The translations under genes and the position numbers were made by a program. A model generated the notes under the pieces. It saw nothing but the letters and a program-made list of their open reading frames with translations. It was not told where the DNA came from and did no database searches. From a virus (taxonomy: Duplodnaviria; Caudoviricetes), in the IMG/VR virus record IMGVR_UViG_3300020050_006168, positions 17,976-81,975 of that record: a stretch of DNA of 64,000 nt; one strand, 5' to 3'. Positions 44,832 through 55,592 of the stretch are shown here, one piece after another. Each line of letters opens with the position of its first letter. The stretch's first letter is position 1.

Positions 44832-47218
44832 TATTTTCCCTTATATTCTGGCGGTAAACCGCGTAATTGATTTAAACCGTCCAATAAACCTTGTCTGTGA
44901 GTATTCCATTTGTCTTCAGTTGCTTGACGATTGGCAACGGTACTATTAACCATATCTTGTTTACCTTGTCTCATTGAATCAAGATAACTTTGAACTTCAG
45001 CTTGTTGTTGTTGTGGAGTTAATTCTTGATAGTAAGCCTTTTGTCCATTTTGATTAGTAAATGTTCTATCTCGGCTATCTCTACTAGTCATAGCAGCAGT
45101 TGCTACTTGATTTTCTAATTGTTTTAAATAAGTAGGGTCATTTTTTAAACCACTAACAGCGTTTTGTCCACCATATAAAGAATAATCCCCACCGCCATTT
45201 GCTTGAGAAATTATTTGTTTTATATAATCATCTTGGACTTTAGTATCTTGTTGTTCTTTAGTATTTAATGGATCAGTAAAATAACCATTTTGATTGCGAG
45301 AATTTAATCTTTCAATTTCAATTCGTTTTTGTTGTTCCATATTCATATCGGCATTAACATTACCTTTACGTGTAAGATAATTATTATATCCTTGTCCAAC
45401 TAAAGTTGATTGTAGATTATTTAATAAATCCAATCTCGCTTTATTATTAGCGGCAGCACCAGAACCAGCTCCACCACCTAAGCCTAGACTATTTATTAGA
45501 CTACCGGCAAGTTGACCCGGAGCACCGTTTAATCCACCAAAAATTCTACCTAGATCTGAATTACCGAGAGCATTAATGCCCATAGCAACACCAGGTCTAG
45601 CTATCATTCCACTAACATCAGTCGCGACTTGTCCTAAATTAGCTCTTTCTTGATTTGTATTTTGAGCATTAACTGCATCCATACCGTTAGCACCTAAATA
45701 ATCCGCTAGATTAATGCCCATTCTTGCGTTAGCAGTCGAACCACCACCAAAAATAGAACTAGTTCCTTTATCAGAACCTTCTCCATAAATATTAGCACCT
45801 TGTGAATATTTTAAGAAGTTATCTTGTGCGTTATTTAACATAGATCTTAATGAATCTTGACCTTCTTTAGCTTTTACTGCAGACTCTAGATCGGATTCTT
45901 TTGTTAATTTAAGTTGACTAGGATCAAAACTAAACTTACCATCAGAACCAATACCGCCCATAGCTAGTTTAGCTAAAGCTTCGTATTGTTTAACGTCTTG
46001 TTTATTAGCAACGTCCTGAAATCCTTGAGCATTCCGGTCAGAAACGTTTGCAATACTACGTAGGGTTAAATTAGGATCATTAAGAACATTAAGTGTATGT
46101 TCACCTTGTTGTAATTGTAATTGGTCCCAGATATCATCAGCGATAGATGAATCTTGTCCACCTTTACCAACTAATGTATTAAAGTTATCCTGCCATCTAC
46201 CGCGCTCAGTGTCACGCTCTTGATTAACTTGCGGAATAAATGATTCTAAGTTAGATAATAATCCAGATTCTAATGCTGAAGATCTATCTTGTAATCGTTT
46301 TTGTAAATCAGCCTCAGTTTCACCAATTCTTTTAGTTGTATCGAATTGGTCTGTTGATTGTTTCAACACATCCTGAGCTTGTTGTAAATTTTGTTTACCT
46401 TTATTTTGAACAGATTCAATAGATTTATTTCCAGAACCAGTAAGGAATAAATTATCAAGACGTTTTTGTCCTTGAGTATAATTAGGTCTAGCAAATGCCT
46501 GACTAATTAATCCGAAGCGCCCGGCTTCAGTTTTACTTCTGTTAGCAAGTTCATCGGCTTGTACTTTACTTTGACCAGCAAGATCCTGAGCTTTAGTTGC
46601 TTGAGTCTGTAAACCAATTTGATCAACACCACCGCCAGTTTTAATATTAGTAAAATCCGTTAAACGATTTTCATCATTAACAAAGTCTAGTGCATTAAAT
46701 CCTGGTTGTTGTTGAGGAACCAATGGAGCAACAGGAATATTAGGATTAGGTCCTTGTTCTGTTACTTGTCCAATACCTACAGTATCGCCAGTATATTGTT
46801 GTGGCTGAGGAGCTGCTTGGCCAGGAACGGTTGGTTCAAATTTTCTAAAATTAGGATCTTGATTGATCTGATTAAAATATCCTTGACCACGATCAAGAAC
46901 TGTATTTGCCTGTTGTACACCAGCAGCTACTTTTTTAGCTTCATCGGACTGAGCAATACGACCAGCCTGTAAGGACTTGTCTTGTTGTTTATTAATACCA
47001 CCAGCAACTTGATCACCAGCACCTTTATTAGCACCAATGTATTTCTGAATGTTAGTAAATTTACCAGATGAAGCAGTACCTGGAGCTTGTTGCTGTTGTT
47101 GACCACCACCAGCGCCCGGTGTAATTGATGCAGCACCAGAAGAACCTTGGGTAAGCTTATCTTGACCCTGAGCGTTCTTTTGTTCGTCATCTTTATTAAA
47201 ATTAATAATATTGGCCAT
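44831..47218 (-). CDS. probable internal virion protein
   Basis: Q/N/G-rich low complexity; position after tail tube genes. Confidence 0.55.
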   Translation of the reverse strand: MANIINFNKDDEQKNAQGQDKLTQGSSGAASITPGAGGGQQQQQAPGTASSGKFTNIQKYIGANKGAGDQVAGGINKQQDKSLQAGRIAQSDEAKKVAAGVQQANTVLDRGQGYFNQINQDPNFRKFEPTVPGQAAPQPQQYTGDTVGIGQVTEQGPNPNIPVAPLVPQQQPGFNALDFVNDENRLTDFTNIKTGGGVDQIGLQTQATKAQDLAGQSKVQADELANRSKTEAGRFGLISQAFARPNYTQGQKRLDNLFLTGSGNKSIESVQNKGKQNLQQAQDVLKQSTDQFDTTKRIGETEADLQKRLQDRSSALESGLLSNLESFIPQVNQERDTERGRWQDNFNTLVGKGGQDSSIADDIWDQLQLQQGEHTLNVLNDPNLTLRSIANVSDRNAQGFQDVANKQDVKQYEALAKLAMGGIGSDGKFSFDPSQLKLTKESDLESAVKAKEGQDSLRSMLNNAQDNFLKYSQGANIYGEGSDKGTSSIFGGGSTANARMGINLADYLGANGMDAVNAQNTNQERANLGQVATDVSGMIARPGVAMGINALGNSDLGRIFGGLNGAPGQLAGSLINSLGLGGGAGSGAAANNKARLDLLNNLQSTLVGQGYNNYLTRKGNVNADMNMEQQKRIEIERLNSRNQNGYFTDPLNTKEQQDTKVQDDYIKQIISQANGGGDYSLYGGQNAVSGLKNDPTYLKQLENQVATAAMTSRDSRDRTFTNQNGQKAYYQELTPQQQQAEVQSYLDSMRQGKQDMVNSTVANRQATEDKWNTHRQGLLDGLNQLRGLPPEYKGK

Positions 47219-47222
47219 GTAC

Positions 47223-47232
47223 TATATGTTAT
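47223..47232 (-). promoter_or_regulatory. putative late promoter motif ATAACATATA
   Basis: 4 nt upstream of ATG 47218. Confidence 0.55.
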
Positions 47233-47636
47233 CCTATAGATTCAACGGTTAAAGTATAACGCTTATTAGCAGGAATACCGGCTACGTGATTGATAGTTAT
47301 TAAGCTACCTGAGCTAGTGAAAGAAATTTGAACGCCAGATGTAGGAAAAGTACCGTCATTTGATAGGTTATCAGTTTTGATAACATTAAATCCCTTTACC
47401 CTGCTTTTAAGATTGGACTTAATTACAGTCTGGGTTTTAGGTATTCCCGTAGAATCTACTTCAAGTGTAATATAAAGGACTTCACGGTTTAAATTATCAA
47501 AATCTATGTTCTTATTAAAGATAGTGGATATTTGCTCCAGGAATGGGTTTAAAGCAAAGGCCAGCTTCTGGACCAATGCCCTATCATCTGATTCAAAATC
47601 TTCCACCACAAGGCGTTTTAGATCGTTTAAACGCAT
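47229..47636 (-). CDS. putative tail protein
   Basis: follows the nozzle gene; beta-rich C-terminus. Confidence 0.55.
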   Translation of the reverse strand: MRLNDLKRLVVEDFESDDRALVQKLAFALNPFLEQISTIFNKNIDFDNLNREVLYITLEVDSTGIPKTQTVIKSNLKSRVKGFNVIKTDNLSNDGTFPTSGVQISFTSSGSLITINHVAGIPANKRYTLTVESIG

Positions 47637-50600
47637 TATTTATAAGCTCTCTCGCTGTTAGCTTCAAATGTATAAGAAATACCCAAAATACGAAATTCAT
47701 CAAAGGCTGCCTTATGTTTAAAGCGACTGCGGATAAAACGGCATCTTTGTTTTTTTCTAGGAATAAGGGTACGGAAAGGTCTAGCTGTACCTTCTCCTCC
47801 CCAAGTGATACTGTCATAGATCCAAGTACCCCAATTACCAGTACCTTCCATTCCAAAATCAACACCTTCAAAGTTAGTACTAAGATCGGTATTATATGAA
47901 AGATTACCACGGGTTAAAGTAGCTGTGACAAATATCATAGTGGCGTCTCTTACGTGTTTCAGTAAAGACGGCTCACCAAAGAAATATGGAGAATAAACAA
48001 CAGTACAATCAATTGACTCAAAATGAGTAATTGGTCCAGTAGCGATAGGTTGCATTAAACCAACAGTCACCGTGCTTTGAGCTTTGTCGATAGCTGTAAT
48101 GAATAGTTCATATTCAATTACTCCAGCAGAAGGAATGTAGTTAGTATGCAGTAAAGTAACATCGGTGTTTAAATTAGCGACTAATGTATCAAACTGTGTT
48201 TTAAATGTTAATATATCATTAGAGTATGCAACTAAATACGATGTACCAATATCAGAGTCTAGTTGAGTAATAAGTTCACTCAACCTACCCTGTAGACTAT
48301 CGCCAGCATTGATGTTAAAGTTTCTATAGTAGTCTTTATTACTGTTCCCTGGGGTATTTGGAACTCCAGCATCTAGTGCAAACTTCTTACCAACACGCTC
48401 AATCAGAGCTGCCGTAACGTATTGTTGTTGTACTAGACCATCACCAATTTCAACATTAGTAATACTAGATAATTGTATAACTAGATCTGTAATACCATTT
48501 GGTAGAACATTTAATGTATACTCTCTATCAGCAAAGTCAACACGTCTCAATTGTTTTCTTTCAATTTCAACCATGTTGATATCATCAGGGCCAATGTACA
48601 ACTTGTTATCGTGGGTATTTACAATACCGGATACAGCGTTACCTTTTTTAGTCCATGTTGTCCATGTGTCAGTCTTGGTGCTGAATCTAACAGCAAATGT
48701 ACCAGTAGTATCATTAGGATTTTTAGGTAACCAAAGAATATAAGCATAATCTTTAATGTAAGATACCGAGAATGCCGCAGTAGAAAAATTGATAAACCTA
48801 GGTGAGGTAGCTTGATCTATAATATTTTGAATAGGATCAGAGATAATGTCAACACCAGTCTCAGATACACGAACAACACCCTGAGACGATAAACAAAAAA
48901 TCTGATTATCCATAACGCTCGCTGTGTCTGGTGCAGTAATGATTGTAGAGCCATCAAATAATGTAACAAAGAAATTTGTAGGATTTTCGCCAGTAAGTCG
49001 GTAGATACCCTCTTCTTTAAGGATAAACAAGCTATCTCGAAGTCCTAGAATTCTAAGAATAGCTTTGTCTTGAGGACCAATATCAAAATAATTAACAATA
49101 GGTACGGCTTCTGGCTGACTGGTTTTAGAAAAGTAAATTCTATTAGGTTTATTCTCATTCTCAGCAGATACCGCAGACGTGATATCTGGAGTAAACACAG
49201 CACCTGTGTCTGAATCTGAAGCTACTATAGTGAAAGGAACTGTATCTAGGATTCTAGATTCAAATACCATTTTACCAGGAGCGTCGTTAGTTCCTGAAAT
49301 ATAGTAGGCGTTTACATCACCACTAACATTAGCAGTAACTGTTTTAGTTAGTGACCGAGCTGTATCGTCAATCCTTTGTGAAGGAGACGGCAGTGTAGAT
49401 AAACGAGCGTAACCCAAACTAGTATCTTCACCATGACCATCTTGTAGATTGGTTGTTGAAATGCCGGTAATTGGATTAACAGTTGCAATAAAAGGATTAG
49501 TAGACTGTCCGCTATTACTTGTTATAATAGTTAGAACACCAATAGTTCTAACAATACCAAAATCAAAACTATTATTCTCAATTGCGGTTTGAACTTTTTC
49601 AGCAATTAGATCAGCAGTCGTGTCTGTTACGGATACATCAACTTTAATTACAATAGTTCCATCAATTTCAGAATTAGTGGGAGCTACATCCGGTTGAGCC
49701 GTATCATGAAAATATACCGTGTATTTAGTTGCATTATCATTTGAATATAGTTGAAAGTAATCTTGATCAATGCCGGCATAATACGCAGGAAATGATACAT
49801 CATTAATTTCAGGTCTACCAACAAAGAAATATCTATCGGAATTTAATCCTTTTGTGATAGTAATATAAGACGCATAGATAGAACAATTAGCTGCAGTAGC
49901 CCCAGTTCCATTAGCAGTTACTGTAATAGTGGTTAGTGTTGGAGTGGTGGCTATTGTTCTAGCTCCATCAAGTCCGGCAGCTCCAGATCCAAGTATAACA
50001 ATTTGATCCCCAGCAGTAAGCCCATGATTAGCACTAAAAGTAATTGTCGTTGTTGGATTTAAATATGTAATACTAGTAATATCAATAGTATCATCAATAG
50101 CACCAAATCGTTTAAGATCACCAGTACCAATAAGATCAATTAACTGCTTGTATGTAGTTCTAGTATTAGAGAAGAACACACTGTTTTTATATAAAGCAAT
50201 ATCTTTTGCAAATGGAGGTGGTTCATTAGCTTGCAATATACCTTCACCACTCTGTTCATTAGTATAAAGCGGAGTTCCGCCCTGTCTAAAGTCCTCAGGA
50301 ACAATGTCGTTAATTGTAATCTGTGTTCCGGATACATATCCTTGTTCGTAGACTAAACGATATTCATCATTAACGATTAATGTATCAATGTCTGCAAAGG
50401 TAGGGGCAGTAAACACGGCAGTTCTGTATATACGAAAGAAATAGTCTGTTGTAATAGAACTAGGAACATCAAATGTTACATCAACTGTTGCTGATACAGC
50501 ACTTTGATTAACAGATTCAATAGGCTGAGAAGGAGTTCCTAAGATAAGATTGTTATTGATATCCTTAGTTCCCCAGACGATCTTGTAGGATACTTTAGAG

Positions 50601-51091
50601 TAACCTTCAAAGAACCCTAGGGTAGAGTAATTAACCGCTGCAGAGCCGCTTACGGCTTTAATACCACCAGAATTAGAGATCTTAGCGGATGATAGGGTTG
50701 CTGCACTAGATGCTGATATTTTTCTAATACCAGTGCTAGTTGTTAGATATAGATTACCATTTTGTTCAACAAACTTAATTCTTAATCCAGTTTGTGTTTC
50801 AGTGAATGATGCAACAAAATCAGTAAAAGTTCCTGATCCGTTATCAAAAGCAATTGAATTTGTATAATGAGCTAAGATACGTTCTTTGTATAAAAGAAGC
50901 TGTTTAGCATTATCATTTGATGGACTAACACCAATTGTGCCGTATTGTTTTAATCCTCTACGAGATTCAATTGTGCTAAGCCTATCAATATTAACATTCT
51001 CTGCTGTTTGTAAAGCACCTTCAGGTACTTCACTTAAATAGGAGTTGTTAGTGTGCAAGCCTTTGGCTCTTAACATACTAGTAGTAGGCAC
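47636..51091 (-). CDS. tail tubular protein B/nozzle (P22 gp10-like)
   Basis: ALQTAENVNID..IESRRG; NRIYFSK..PE; beta-propeller-type repeats; C-terminal ILGISYTF; FCCH-like insert NHGLTAGD. Confidence 0.8.
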   Translation of the reverse strand: MPTTSMLRAKGLHTNNSYLSEVPEGALQTAENVNIDRLSTIESRRGLKQYGTIGVSPSNDNAKQLLLYKERILAHYTNSIAFDNGSGTFTDFVASFTETQTGLRIKFVEQNGNLYLTTSTGIRKISASSAATLSSAKISNSGGIKAVSGSAAVNYSTLGFFEGYSKVSYKIVWGTKDINNNLILGTPSQPIESVNQSAVSATVDVTFDVPSSITTDYFFRIYRTAVFTAPTFADIDTLIVNDEYRLVYEQGYVSGTQITINDIVPEDFRQGGTPLYTNEQSGEGILQANEPPPFAKDIALYKNSVFFSNTRTTYKQLIDLIGTGDLKRFGAIDDTIDITSITYLNPTTTITFSANHGLTAGDQIVILGSGAAGLDGARTIATTPTLTTITVTANGTGATAANCSIYASYITITKGLNSDRYFFVGRPEINDVSFPAYYAGIDQDYFQLYSNDNATKYTVYFHDTAQPDVAPTNSEIDGTIVIKVDVSVTDTTADLIAEKVQTAIENNSFDFGIVRTIGVLTIITSNSGQSTNPFIATVNPITGISTTNLQDGHGEDTSLGYARLSTLPSPSQRIDDTARSLTKTVTANVSGDVNAYYISGTNDAPGKMVFESRILDTVPFTIVASDSDTGAVFTPDITSAVSAENENKPNRIYFSKTSQPEAVPIVNYFDIGPQDKAILRILGLRDSLFILKEEGIYRLTGENPTNFFVTLFDGSTIITAPDTASVMDNQIFCLSSQGVVRVSETGVDIISDPIQNIIDQATSPRFINFSTAAFSVSYIKDYAYILWLPKNPNDTTGTFAVRFSTKTDTWTTWTKKGNAVSGIVNTHDNKLYIGPDDINMVEIERKQLRRVDFADREYTLNVLPNGITDLVIQLSSITNVEIGDGLVQQQYVTAALIERVGKKFALDAGVPNTPGNSNKDYYRNFNINAGDSLQGRLSELITQLDSDIGTSYLVAYSNDILTFKTQFDTLVANLNTDVTLLHTNYIPSAGVIEYELFITAIDKAQSTVTVGLMQPIATGPITHFESIDCTVVYSPYFFGEPSLLKHVRDATMIFVTATLTRGNLSYNTDLSTNFEGVDFGMEGTGNWGTWIYDSITWGGEGTARPFRTLIPRKKQRCRFIRSRFKHKAAFDEFRILGISYTFEANSERAYK

Positions 51092-51093
51092 AA

Positions 51094-52041
51094 TTATCTC
51101 CTAAGTTGTCTTCTAGAATTTCTCAACAATGAATGACGGTTAACAACCTTTAATGGAGCACCTTCGACTCTAGAATCAACTAGACTTCCTAATTTAAGTT
51201 CCATTTCTGCAAGTTTAGTATTAGCAGCAGTAAGACCTTGTTGGTCCCCTAAAGCTTCTAAACATCGACAAGCAATTCTTTGAGACAATAAACTATGAAT
51301 ATCTGTTGGAATCTGAGGAATGATACATTCTTCGGCAAGACAAACATGATCCCCAACTTTTAATTTTCTAGGAATATCGGCAGGATCTACAGATACTACA
51401 TTATTAATAGTATCAACATTAGTAATAGATAAATCAATATCTAAACATCTGTGTGGGGATTTTACTTGAACAAAGTCAACTAAAGTTCCGATATTATATA
51501 GGCTCGGTTGTTTATCTACGCTAATTTGACCAGTGGTTCTATTGATATCAGTGATTACTAATACCCTATCTTCAGAAACCAATTGATTTGGTCTTAGATA
51601 ATAGTACATTCTTAAATATCCGCTACCAATAAAGTTCTGTTCTGGTTGTAAAACTATATCATTATTTTGAACACTGAAAGCTCTAATGGGAGAATTAGAT
51701 CCTCCTGTGTTATATTGATAATAGCTTAAATCTTCAACTGAAATTCGTGTCATTTCATAAATGTTTTTAGCATTATCTAAATAAGATACTTCTCTTAACT
51801 TATTACCAGCAGCTCTATACGGAATCTCATATTTATTTACATTGTCTTCTAAAAGAACATCTTGAGTAAATAAAAAGTAATCCTCATGAAAAGACATTAC
51901 ATACGGCATAACCGCAGTATCCATCTCTTCATTAGCAAATCTTAAAAAATCCTCTTCTCTAAACGTGACTTGAGTTTCAGGCAATAATGCGCGAAGCTTA
52001 GCACTCTCAATTAAAGAATTTGAGGTAAGATATCTAGACAT
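51094..52041 (-). CDS. head-tail adaptor/tail tubular protein A
   Basis: SLIESAKLRA..FLRFANEEM; YEIP; LRMYYYLRP; position. Confidence 0.7.
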   Translation of the reverse strand: MSRYLTSNSLIESAKLRALLPETQVTFREEDFLRFANEEMDTAVMPYVMSFHEDYFLFTQDVLLEDNVNKYEIPYRAAGNKLREVSYLDNAKNIYEMTRISVEDLSYYQYNTGGSNSPIRAFSVQNNDIVLQPEQNFIGSGYLRMYYYLRPNQLVSEDRVLVITDINRTTGQISVDKQPSLYNIGTLVDFVQVKSPHRCLDIDLSITNVDTINNVVSVDPADIPRKLKVGDHVCLAEECIIPQIPTDIHSLLSQRIACRCLEALGDQQGLTAANTKLAEMELKLGSLVDSRVEGAPLKVVNRHSLLRNSRRQLRR

Positions 52042-52053
52042 TAAACAACACCA

Positions 52054-52407
52054 TTATTTCAAAGCTGACAGTTTTTTTTGTAACTCTTCAATTTGTTTTT
52101 TAATTTCATCATGAGACATTTCACCCATTACGGCTTCTTTATGCTCTTCTGATTCGCCTTCTTCATTATCCATGTCAAGATCTTCGCCAGTTTCTTCTTC
52201 AAGCATTTCCATAGGGTCTTTTTCCACTACGTCTTTTGCTTTTTCAAGCCCAGCTTTAAGAGATTCCTCATCAGGTGCGGCAACAGTAACTTTTTTCATA
52301 CCGTCCATTTTACCTTTAAGATCTTCGCCCATCATATTTCCGGCCATTTTTCTTAAGTCTTTCAGCATATTCATTTTAGCATCAGACATCATCTTCTTTT
52401 TATCCAT
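52054..52407 (-). CDS. small acidic Met-rich late protein
   Basis: gggag RBS; late motif upstream. Confidence 0.65.
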   Translation of the reverse strand: MDKKKMMSDAKMNMLKDLRKMAGNMMGEDLKGKMDGMKKVTVAAPDEESLKAGLEKAKDVVEKDPMEMLEEETGEDLDMDNEEGESEEHKEAVMGEMSHDEIKKQIEELQKKLSALK

Positions 52408-52421
52408 ATATCTCCCTATAG

Positions 52422-52432
52422 TATATGTTATT
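52422..52432 (-). promoter_or_regulatory. putative late promoter motif AATAACATATA
   Basis: intergenic, upstream of RBS of 52407. Confidence 0.6.
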
Positions 52433-52832
52433 ATCTATTATTTAAGTATTTTTTAAGAGCTTCTTTTTTAGCAGCTAGCTCAATTTCAGCATCTTTGTCA
52501 CCAAAAGCAGCTAAATCTTCTAAAGTTCCTGCTTCTTGCTGCAATCTATTCATGTCATTCATTTTAGATTCGGCTTTACCTTTTTCCATAGCCATTCCGC
52601 CCAACATTCGCATTTGCTCAATCTCTTTAGGAGCTAGTCCTGAAGGGGCCATTTGCTGCATAGACTTACCTTGCAGAGCCTGTAGGACTTTTCTCTTAGC
52701 TTCATCAGCCATAGTGCCCATTTGACCAACGGTATTTTTTGTACTCTGTTTAATATCTTCAAAAGTAGGCATGGGCATAAGTGCCGTATCTTGTATATCT
52801 TTCTTAGTTCTCTTTTTACCAGCGTTATCCAT
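52431..52832 (-). CDS. hypothetical late protein
   Basis: aggag RBS. Confidence 0.6.
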   Translation of the reverse strand: MDNAGKKRTKKDIQDTALMPMPTFEDIKQSTKNTVGQMGTMADEAKRKVLQALQGKSMQQMAPSGLAPKEIEQMRMLGGMAMEKGKAESKMNDMNRLQQEAGTLEDLAAFGDKDAEIELAAKKEALKKYLNNR

Positions 52833-54473
52833 TTATACTCCTAAAGTTATCGCGCGAAACTTAATTTGACCAGAAACAAATCCGGTATAGTTTGGTGTTG
52901 TGTACTGAATTTGACCATTTGATGCAATACTGAATACAACTTGAGAATCATCTCCTGTAGAGGAAATACTAATATCCCATGATCCAGATTTTTGAATACC
53001 ATTAATTTTAAATGTTTCATATAAATCAACAGTAGCGTCAATAAATACATGGACTAAAGCGTCAAAACTTCTTACAGTAGCAGTACTAAAAGAGAAGCTT
53101 CCGACATTTGCGGGAGTTGATTGATTATTTGCTGGGCTAAAACTAGTTTCGTTTAAATCCCCAGTAGATCTAAGGGCATAACCAGAAAGGAAGTTGCCTT
53201 TATTAATTTTGTAATTAACTACACCACTAGGATCAAATACTGGTAAAAAGTCATTATTAGCAGCTAGTGTATTTGTAGTTAAAGAATTTATATCTAAAGC
53301 TATAGTAGGATTTCCCGAAACACCATTACCGTTTGTAACAGAAATGGCAGAGCCGCCAAGAACAGATCTTCCGGTAAAGGTATCTGCTGCAGTTTGTGTT
53401 AGTAAACCATTATTATTATATGCAGCAAGTGCTGTTAATGTGGAATCTAAATCTTGTTTACCATTAAGTTGAGATTGAATTGCACTAGTGAGTCCATTTA
53501 AATACTGAAATTCAGTATTATCAACACTACCATTTGCTATTTTAGTTGCATCAATAGCTGCCGTTGGTGATATATCACTGTCTGTTAAACTAGCAGCAAC
53601 TATGGTTGCGGTAATTGTATTACCGGCATCATTATATGTAAAATCAATTTTAGAAGAATCAACTAAAGAATTACCAATAGCGTCTTGTGCTCGTTCATCA
53701 GTATAATAAAGGTTAGTACCTTCATTGATATCTGTTGTTGTAAGAACTACAACACCAGTAAGACCATTTACACTAGCTACTGCATCTGTTGTATCTGATT
53801 TTTCCCAAATTGTGCCATTATAAATAACATAATCGCCAACATCAAAAATAATAGGACCAGACCCTAGATTTTGAGTACCAGCAGTACCGACACGATATAG
53901 CATACCAGCATCGCCAGTACCGTCGGTCAATACTGGACTATTTGTAGACGCATTCCACACACCCTCGTAAGTCATAACAGAACTAGGGAGCTGCGTTATT
54001 GGTACTTTGCCAGCACCATCTAAGGTTGCTACTCCATTAGCAGTACCTTTTTCAGTAAGCGGAATTTTAGCGTTTAATTGTGTTTGAATATCAGAAGTAA
54101 CATTACTTAAGTATTGAAATTCAATACTAGATACAGATCCATCTGCAATTTTTGCAGCGTTAATATTAGATGCAAGCTCTGTATTAGTAATACCACTAAC
54201 AGGAATAGTAATTGAAATACTTCCAGCGCCGTTGGTTATAGATACAGAACTTGATCCTGTAATATTAGCAGCAGCAGGATCTGATCCTGTTGTACCAATT
54301 AATAATTGACCGTCATTTAATGGGCCGGCACCACCAACGACATTACCATTATTATATAGTATTGTATTGTCTGCAAGTCCCACTATGGGAGTTGATCCGC
54401 CAACAATGCTAGTAGCCCCAGCATCACCAGTGACATCAAACTGACCTGTTAGAGGATTATAAGTAATTCCCAT
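52833..54473 (-). CDS. tail fibre/spike protein
   Basis: MGITYNPLTGQFD start; EFQYLxxxTSxIQxQL repeats; VASVNGLTGVVVL; NLYYTDERAQDA. Confidence 0.8.
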   Translation of the reverse strand: MGITYNPLTGQFDVTGDAGATSIVGGSTPIVGLADNTILYNNGNVVGGAGPLNDGQLLIGTTGSDPAAANITGSSSVSITNGAGSISITIPVSGITNTELASNINAAKIADGSVSSIEFQYLSNVTSDIQTQLNAKIPLTEKGTANGVATLDGAGKVPITQLPSSVMTYEGVWNASTNSPVLTDGTGDAGMLYRVGTAGTQNLGSGPIIFDVGDYVIYNGTIWEKSDTTDAVASVNGLTGVVVLTTTDINEGTNLYYTDERAQDAIGNSLVDSSKIDFTYNDAGNTITATIVAASLTDSDISPTAAIDATKIANGSVDNTEFQYLNGLTSAIQSQLNGKQDLDSTLTALAAYNNNGLLTQTAADTFTGRSVLGGSAISVTNGNGVSGNPTIALDINSLTTNTLAANNDFLPVFDPSGVVNYKINKGNFLSGYALRSTGDLNETSFSPANNQSTPANVGSFSFSTATVRSFDALVHVFIDATVDLYETFKINGIQKSGSWDISISSTGDDSQVVFSIASNGQIQYTTPNYTGFVSGQIKFRAITLGV

Positions 54474-54796
54474 TAGCTAATTCTCTCGGCAGATAGAAAC
54501 GGAATTGTTTGTGAAGTTGGATATACAATTTTTAATTGATATAATTGAACAGTTCCATCAAAGAATGTGAATGTTACTGTATCATCCGATACTGTTGTTG
54601 TTGTTAGCGTTGCAGTAACTTTGTGTCCCGGTTTACCGACAAGAAAACCATTTGTTGTAATAGATGCATCAACTTCATTGTGTGCACTTCTTAAGACATT
54701 TTCATGAGAAGCATCTGATGCTCGTTTTGATGTACTGTTAGCCATTATAATACCGCCATTAAAATTACATTTAAGATAACAGATAATGCTAAACAC
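54473..54796 (-). CDS. small virion-associated protein (likely start MANSTS)
   Basis: NVLRSAHNE motif similar to 55191 gene. Confidence 0.55.
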   Translation of the reverse strand: MFSIICYLKCNFNGGIIMANSTSKRASDASHENVLRSAHNEVDASITTNGFLVGKPGHKVTATLTTTTVSDDTVTFTFFDGTVQLYQLKIVYPTSQTIPFLSAERIS

Positions 54797-55191
54797 GCCT
54801 GTAATCTTTTATTTGCTCTGATTTTACGTTTAATTTCTAAATGTTCTGTTATATCAACAACTTTAGATGTAACTTCTTTAATTACTTCTTTTTCAATATA
54901 CACAGGAACTTCTACAATTTTTTCATACATTACTGGAACTTCGACTGTTTTATGCTCAACTAGTGTTTTACCAGGAACTTCTACTTCAATAATTTTATCA
55001 ACGTAGACAATCTTTTCAACTTGAACAATTACTTCTTTGGTAATTTCAACTGGTCGGTCAACGTATATGATTTTTTCTGTCATCTGGAATGAATCTTGTA
55101 TTGGATTAAACTCCATAACAACAGTAGAAACTGGTTCAATCATAGTTGAATCAGAGTTATCATCTTTACGACCAACGTGAAACTTACCCAT
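54745..55191 (-). CDS. VxVP/EKIV-repeat protein with C-terminal TM
   Basis: EKIIYVDRPV, EKIVYVDK, EKIVEVPV repeats; CLALSVILNVILMAVL. Confidence 0.65.
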   Translation of the reverse strand: MGKFHVGRKDDNSDSTMIEPVSTVVMEFNPIQDSFQMTEKIIYVDRPVEITKEVIVQVEKIVYVDKIIEVEVPGKTLVEHKTVEVPVMYEKIVEVPVYIEKEVIKEVTSKVVDITEHLEIKRKIRANKRLQACLALSVILNVILMAVL

Positions 55192-55592
55192 TACACACTC
55201 TGCATTACTAAGTTAACTGTTGGAGTTCCGCTTGTGAATACAATTTGAATGCGTCTTGCACAAATAGTTAAAGGACCAGACATGGCACCAGCTATAGTTG
55301 TGCTAGAAGGAACATCAATGAATGTTCCGGCACTATCAGTACCACTCACTTGAAGTTTAGCGGTTCCTGTACCAGATACATAGAGATTAACTGTTTTCAT
55401 ACCAACAGCACTAATCTCTGTTGTAGTAGAAGTAGTAGCAACATCAGCCTTAGCTGTAACATTGTCACCATCAGCAGCATCTAGCTCAATAGCAAAAGAT
55501 GTATTTGATGAAGGAATAGTTTTTAAAGCACCCGATGTTTCATCGTATGCTTCTCTTAATACTAGTTCTGATGTTAAATTATGACTAGACAT
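55191..55592 (-). CDS. small virion-associated protein
   Basis: LVLREAYDE; beta-sandwich-like C-terminus. Confidence 0.6.
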   Translation of the reverse strand: MSSHNLTSELVLREAYDETSGALKTIPSSNTSFAIELDAADGDNVTAKADVATTSTTTEISAVGMKTVNLYVSGTGTAKLQVSGTDSAGTFIDVPSSTTIAGAMSGPLTICARRIQIVFTSGTPTVNLVMQSV

